Part shown: piece by piece, positions 59,025 through 64,000 of the stretch
Position numbering within the stretch: position 1 is the first letter of the stretch
Layout: each line of letters opens with the position of its first letter
Source of the DNA: Veillonella parvula
GTDB lineage: Bacteria; Bacillota; Negativicutes; Veillonellales; Veillonellaceae
Direction: 5' to 3'
DNA: 64,000 bases
Assembly: GCF_047241225.1 (NCBI RefSeq)
Contig: NZ_JBKTIE010000001.1
Coordinates: 173,172-237,171, forward strand
Position numbers and translations under genes: made by a program
Notes under the pieces: model-generated
The model's input: the letters and a program-made list of their open reading frames with translations, nothing else
Databases searched by the model: none
Told to the model about the DNA's origin: nothing

Positions 59025-59283
59025 TAAAAGTGATGCAAAGGACATGATTCTTTTATCCCTGTGTACCAGAGAGAGGCAGATGCTGGAAATGCCTTACACA
59101 TATATTAGAGTTACCCCCTTTAAACTGATTTGTCGAACCTAAGTAGGCAAATACGGCCGCCACCGTTATCGGGCTTAATGAAGTGAATTAACTATACACA
59201 TATATTGGTATAGGTAGTTAACTAGGGTGGAACCGCGAATGATCTTCGTCCCTTGTTTGTAGGGATAGAAGGTCTTTTTTTAT
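59025..59283 (+). promoter_or_regulatory. Threonine T-box riboswitch
   Basis: Promoter TTGAAT-17-TACTAT (58989-59017); AGAGA and GCTG stem I motifs; ACC specifier at 59113-59115; T-box AGGGTGGAACCGCG at 59224-59237; terminator ending in a T-run at ~59282. Confidence 0.93.
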
Positions 59284-59397
59284 TACCCAATTTCTACAAG
59301 CTAATTACTCAATGTTTATGTATTGTGTGGTAAGTAGGTATATTGGTGAAAGTAGAAAATCAAAGCTATCCTAGTTTATAAATTGGAGGAAAGAAAA

Positions 59398-61308
59398 ATG
59401 GCAGATGTAAAAATCATTTTACCTGATGGTAGTGCAAAGGAATACGCTGCTGGCACTACTCTTGGGGAAGCAGTAAAACAACTATCTAACAGCTTGGCTA
59501 AAAAAGTACTAGCTGCAAACGTAAATGGCGAATTAACAGACCTTCGCGAAGAACTTGTAGATGGTTCTGAAGTTGCGTTCTTAACATTCGAAGATGAAGG
59601 GGGCAAACATACTTTGCGCCATACAGCTTCTCATATCTTGGCACAAGCTGTTAAACGTTTATGGCCTGAAGCTAAATTGGCTATCGGTCCTGCTATCGAT
59701 AAGGGTTTCTACTATGATATCGATATGGAACATACTTTGACTCCTGAAGATTTGGGTAAAATCGAAAAGGAAATGAGCCGTATTGTAAAAGAAAATTTAC
59801 CGATTACTAAATCCGTTATGCCTCGTCAAGAAGCTATCGAATTTTTCAAAGCTAAAAATGAAGATTATAAGGTAGAATTGATTCAAGACCTTCCTGAAGA
59901 TGCTGTAATCTCTTGTTATTCTCAAGGCGATTTCATTGATCTTTGCGCAGGACCTCACGTGGCATCCACTGGCAAAGTGAAAGCTTTTAAATTACAAAGC
60001 ATTGCAGGTGCATACTGGCGCGGCGATGAAAAGAACAAAATGTTGCAACGTATTTACGGTACTGCATTTGAAAAGAAAGAAGAACTTGACGCATACCTTC
60101 ACTTGCTTGAAGAAGCAGCTAAACGGGATCATCGTAAACTTGGTAAAGAACTTGGCTTGTTTGTTATCAAAGAAGAAGGTCCTGGTTTCCCATTCTTCTT
60201 GCCAAAAGGCATGGCTCTTCGCAACGAATTAGAAAACTTCTGGCGCGAAGTTCACCATGAATTTGAATACGAAGAAATCCGTACACCAATCATCTTGAAC
60301 AAACAATTGTGGGAAACATCTGGTCACTGGTTCCATTACCGTGAAAATATGTACACTACAATTATCGACGAAGAAGAATATGCAATTAAACCTATGAACT
60401 GCCCAGGTGGTATCTTGGTTTACCAAAACGAAATGCACTCTTACCGTGACTTCCCATTGCGTTACGCTGAACTTGGTCTAGTTCACCGTCATGAATTATC
60501 TGGTGCATTACACGGCTTGTTCCGGGTACGTGCTTTCACACAAGACGATGCTCACGTATTCATGTTACCATCTCAAATGCAATCTGAGTTGATGAAAGTT
60601 ATCGAATTATTCGACCGCATTTATAGCCAATTTGGCTTGAAGTACCATGTGGAATTATCCACTAAACCAGACAATGCTATGGGGGATGATGCGATTTGGG
60701 AAGCCGCTACAGAAGCATTGCGTAATGCTATCGAAGCAAAAGGCATTCCATACGTAATTAACCCTGGTGATGGTGCATTCTACGGTCCTAAACTTGACTA
60801 CCATATTGAAGACTCCTTGGGCCGTACATGGCAATGTGGTACTATCCAATTGGATATGAACTTGCCAGAACGTTTCCAAATTGAATATGTTGGCGAAGAT
60901 GGTCAAAAACATCGCCCTATTATGATTCACCGTGCATGCTTCGGCTCCATGGAACGTTTTATCGGTATCTTAACTGAACACTATGCAGGTGCATTCCCAA
61001 CATGGATGGCTCCTGTACAAGTTAAAATCTTGCCTATCTCTGAAAAACACGTTGAATATGCTAAGGACTTGGCAAAACAAATGCACCGCGACTATGTACG
61101 TGTGGAAGTAGACGATCGCAGCGAAAAAATCGGTTATAAAATCCGCCAAGCACAAATAGCAAAGGTTCCATATATGCTTGTTGTGGGTGATAAAGAGGTC
61201 GAAGAAGGCACAGTTAACGTTCGTAAACACGGTGGCGATGAATTGGGCTCCGTACCATTCGAAGAATTCTTCAATTCTATTAAAACTGAAATTAAAGAAC
61301 GCAACTAA
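59398..61308 (+). CDS. thrS: Threonine--tRNA ligase
   Basis: TGS domain, RHTASH, DLCAGPH, RDHRKLG, KPMNCP, GAFYGPK, GSMERF. Confidence 0.99.
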   Translation: MADVKIILPDGSAKEYAAGTTLGEAVKQLSNSLAKKVLAANVNGELTDLREELVDGSEVAFLTFEDEGGKHTLRHTASHILAQAVKRLWPEAKLAIGPAIDKGFYYDIDMEHTLTPEDLGKIEKEMSRIVKENLPITKSVMPRQEAIEFFKAKNEDYKVELIQDLPEDAVISCYSQGDFIDLCAGPHVASTGKVKAFKLQSIAGAYWRGDEKNKMLQRIYGTAFEKKEELDAYLHLLEEAAKRDHRKLGKELGLFVIKEEGPGFPFFLPKGMALRNELENFWREVHHEFEYEEIRTPIILNKQLWETSGHWFHYRENMYTTIIDEEEYAIKPMNCPGGILVYQNEMHSYRDFPLRYAELGLVHRHELSGALHGLFRVRAFTQDDAHVFMLPSQMQSELMKVIELFDRIYSQFGLKYHVELSTKPDNAMGDDAIWEAATEALRNAIEAKGIPYVINPGDGAFYGPKLDYHIEDSLGRTWQCGTIQLDMNLPERFQIEYVGEDGQKHRPIMIHRACFGSMERFIGILTEHYAGAFPTWMAPVQVKILPISEKHVEYAKDLAKQMHRDYVRVEVDDRSEKIGYKIRQAQIAKVPYMLVVGDKEVEEGTVNVRKHGGDELGSVPFEEFFNSIKTEIKERN

Positions 61309-61460
61309 TTATTTACTCTCCTAGTAATTATAATGCTATAAATCCCCCTCACATCTTGCACAATTTAAATTAGTCTGTATAATTTAATAGTGATGAGATT
61401 ATAAGAGGGGGATTTTGTATTATATTCGCTTTAATTGTTACCTGTGAGTAGCGAAAGGAA

Positions 61461-62672
61461 ATGACTATGAAAGAAGTAAATTCATACGGTTGGAAAGCTG
61501 TTATTGGTTCCTCTATTGGCTATGCCATGGATGGGTTTGATCTCTTGATTCTCGGCTTTATGTTGAGCTTAATTTCAGGGGACTTAGGTTTGACCACAGG
61601 TCAAGCAGGTTCCCTTGTGACGTGGACCTTGGTAGGTGCTGTAATTGGTGGTTTTATCTTTGGTACCTTGTCAGATAAGTTTGGTCGTGTTCGTGTGTTG
61701 ACATGGACTATTGTATTATTTGCTGTATTCACTGGTCTATGTGCTTTTGCACAAGGTTATTGGGATCTTCTCATATATCGTACAATTGCCGGTATCGGCT
61801 TAGGCGGTGAATTTGGTATTGGTATGGCCTTAGCAGCTGAAGCATGGCCTGCACAACACCGTGCAAAAGCGACGAGCTATGTTGCCATCGGTTGGCAGTT
61901 AGGCGTATTGGCCGCAGCACTGTTAACGCCCGTATTACTCCCTTATATTGGCTGGCGTGGTATGTTCATGGTTGGCATTATTCCTGCCTTTGTAGCTTGG
62001 TTCTTCCGTGCGAAATTACATGAACCAGAAATCTTTGTTCAAAGTAAAGAAATTAAGGAACACTCCCATACGAACTCATTCAAGTTATTAGTAAAAGATG
62101 TAAGAACTACAAAGACATCTATAGGTGTTGCTATTTTAACATCTGTTCAAAACTTTGGTTACTACGGTATTATGATTTGGTTGCCTAACTTCTTAAGTAA
62201 GCAATTAGGGTTTTCTCTTACAAAATCGGGTTTGTGGACTGCCGTAACTGTATGTGGTATGATGGTCGGCATTTGGTTATTTGGACGATTGGCTGATAAA
62301 ATTGGCCGTAAACCGACATTTATTTTGTTCCAAGTATGTGCTGTGGCATCTATCTTGATTTACTCTCAACTATCTGATCCAACAGCTATGCTATTTGCCG
62401 GTGCTATTTTAGGGGCCTCCGTAAATGGTATGATGGGTGGCTACGGTGCCTTGATGGCGGAAGCATACCCAACAAGTGCTCGCGCAACGGCTCAAAACGT
62501 ATTATTTAACATTGGTCGTGCCGTAGGTGGCTTTAGCCCAATGGTAGTAGGCATGATCATCTCACTGTACTCCTACCAAGTGGCAATCGCTTTCCTCGCG
62601 ATTATCTATGTAATCGATATTTTAGCAACCGTATTCTTAATTCCTGAACTAAAAGGTAAGGAATTAGAATAA
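61461..62672 (+). CDS. MFS transporter (NiaP / aromatic-acid:H+ symporter-like)
   Basis: GYAMDGFD, GTLSDKFGR (motif A), GLGGE, EAYPTSARA; about 12 TM segments. Confidence 0.88.
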   Translation: MTMKEVNSYGWKAVIGSSIGYAMDGFDLLILGFMLSLISGDLGLTTGQAGSLVTWTLVGAVIGGFIFGTLSDKFGRVRVLTWTIVLFAVFTGLCAFAQGYWDLLIYRTIAGIGLGGEFGIGMALAAEAWPAQHRAKATSYVAIGWQLGVLAAALLTPVLLPYIGWRGMFMVGIIPAFVAWFFRAKLHEPEIFVQSKEIKEHSHTNSFKLLVKDVRTTKTSIGVAILTSVQNFGYYGIMIWLPNFLSKQLGFSLTKSGLWTAVTVCGMMVGIWLFGRLADKIGRKPTFILFQVCAVASILIYSQLSDPTAMLFAGAILGASVNGMMGGYGALMAEAYPTSARATAQNVLFNIGRAVGGFSPMVVGMIISLYSYQVAIAFLAIIYVIDILATVFLIPELKGKELE

Positions 62673-62744
62673 ATAAATAATTTTGAAAGCTTTACATTGA
62701 AAAGAACATAGACGTTTTATATTGAAATGCATATAAAAATCAAG

Positions 62745-62771
62745 AGGCTCTGTCATAAGACAGAGCCTTTT
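62745..62771. terminator. Probable bidirectional terminator between convergent MFS and DASS genes
   Basis: AGGCTCTGTC-ATAA-GACAGAGCCT flanked by A-rich and T-rich sequence. Confidence 0.75.
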
Positions 62772-62836
62772 ATAGTATGTTTAATTTAAAATATTAGAAT
62801 TATCTAGAATATTTGGTCTATTTAGAATATTTAGAC

Positions 62837-64000
62837 TTAAGCAATTCCGATCCAGTGCCAGTATGTAAGTGCAAATACGAGTATCATTACATATCCAATA
62901 ATTGTTAATGGAATACCTGTAGTCATAAATGTTTTTACGTCGAATGTATCTGTACCGTAAGCTACCATGCCTTGTGGTGAGTTTACTGGTAATACTAAAC
63001 CGAAGCAGATTGCATATTGCATGAGCATTGTTACGCCAAGTGGATTAAGTCCTTCTGCGTTATGTCCCATAACGATAGAGATTACGATAGGAATCATGGC
63101 AGAAGAGAGGGCTGTAGCTGATGCAAATCCAAGATGGATTAAAATTAGGAAGGCAGCCATAATAGCAATCAAAAGGAATACGCTTGCCGTTTCAAGGGAG
63201 AAAGCATTTACGAATACTTGTGCGAGCCAGGTGGCCGCTTTCGTTTTAAGTAATACGGAACCAAGACCGATACCAGCCCCAAACATAACAATCGATCCCC
63301 AGTCGATGTTTGGCTGTGCAAATTTCCAGTCCATAATGCCAATTTTAGGGAAGAAGAATAAGGCAATTGCTATAATTGTAGTTGTTGTAGTATCGATGGT
63401 ATGTAATTTACCTCCCGTTGCCCACAATGCTAATAAACCAATAGAGATGCATAATAGTTTCTTTTCATCAAATGTCATTGGACCGATTTCTTTACGCATT
63501 TTAGCGAGTTGTACATCACCGCCAACGAGCTCTTTAAACTCAGGTTTGATAAAAGCTTGCGTTACAAAGTAAGTAATAACAGCCATAATTATGGAGAACG
63601 GTGCAGCTGCTGTGAGCCAATCAATCCAACTTACAGATGTATTCATCTGTGTTTGCATAAACCCAACAGCTACGAGGTTTTGAGCGGCAGCTGTTTGAAT
63701 CATAATATTCCAAAATGTATCTGCTTGTACGGCACCTACCATGAGTAGGGCTGCTACACGGCTTTTACGTTCAATACCTAAGTTTTCAACGATACCGATA
63801 ATAATTGGAGCGAGACAAGCGATACGAGCCGTTGCACTCGGTACAAAGAAGGCTAGAATAAGACCTGTAATAATAACACCTAAATAGATACGGCTAACCT
63901 TTGTACCTACACTAGATAATACGAGCATGGCTATGCGACGATCTAGACCCGTTTTACGCATGGCTACGGAAATAAACATAGCGGCACCGACGAGAATCAT
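62837..64000 (-). CDS. DASS/SLC13 family di-/tricarboxylate transporter, 5' end outside the window
   Basis: TGLDRRIA, PSATAR, TAAAQN, SWIDW, FASATA, LPVNSPQ..YG motifs. Confidence 0.9.
   Translation of the reverse strand: MILVGAAMFISVAMRKTGLDRRIAMLVLSSVGTKVSRIYLGVIITGLILAFFVPSATARIACLAPIIIGIVENLGIERKSRVAALLMVGAVQADTFWNIMIQTAAAQNLVAVGFMQTQMNTSVSWIDWLTAAAPFSIIMAVITYFVTQAFIKPEFKELVGGDVQLAKMRKEIGPMTFDEKKLLCISIGLLALWATGGKLHTIDTTTTTIIAIALFFFPKIGIMDWKFAQPNIDWGSIVMFGAGIGLGSVLLKTKAATWLAQVFVNAFSLETASVFLLIAIMAAFLILIHLGFASATALSSAMIPIVISIVMGHNAEGLNPLGVTMLMQYAICFGLVLPVNSPQGMVAYGTDTFDVKTFMTTGIPLTIIGYVMILVFALTYWHWIGIA

Noticed and set aside
62745..62771. IS end (GGCTCT...)
   Set aside because: Fully explained as a bidirectional terminator between convergent genes; no target duplication or transposase.
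671..63748. Many short antisense or alternative-frame ORFs in the supplied track
   Set aside because: They lie within well-supported genes, lack SD sites or recognisable motifs, and are expected shadows.

Overview
Core-chromosome segment of a low-GC anaerobic Firmicute. The gene set and protein styles suggest Veillonella (Negativicutes); this is inference, not a database result. Nearly all genes are on the + strand. In order: rng (partial), mntP broken by one nonsense codon, L21 leader and rplU-prp-rpmA, fetAB, a Fur-boxed iron-siderophore ABC importer, an orphan hydG, recJ-rel-MBL hydrolase-fur-hemZ-hisS-aspS, 6S RNA, rarA, ftsK-rodZ(short)-ygiQ-SBP-rimO-cinA-recA-recX-rny, dnaG-rpoD, queD-queE-folE, tRNA-Ile2(CAU), trmK-nif3, RNase P RNA, thioredoxin, a membrane-bound group 1 [NiFe]-hydrogenase operon, a GT2, an NlpC/P60 hydrolase, alaS-ireB-ruvX-DUF1292, mltG-trmR-U32, a secreted hypothetical protein, T-box and thrS, an MFS transporter and a partial DASS transporter. 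I see no prophage, CRISPR array or transposase. The most unusual signals are non-coding. (i) The queD-queE-folE leader carries a ~20-bp-phased repeat array that also reads as a chain of mini-ORFs and ATG-TAA-TAG start-stop elements, where a preQ1 riboswitch might be expected. (ii) RNase Y probably starts at a non-canonical ATT. (iii) A 47-bp IS3-like miniature element with a 3-bp target duplication sits in a terminator loop. (iv) An inverted array of 9-bp units lies between 6S RNA and rarA. All functional readings of these are hypotheses.
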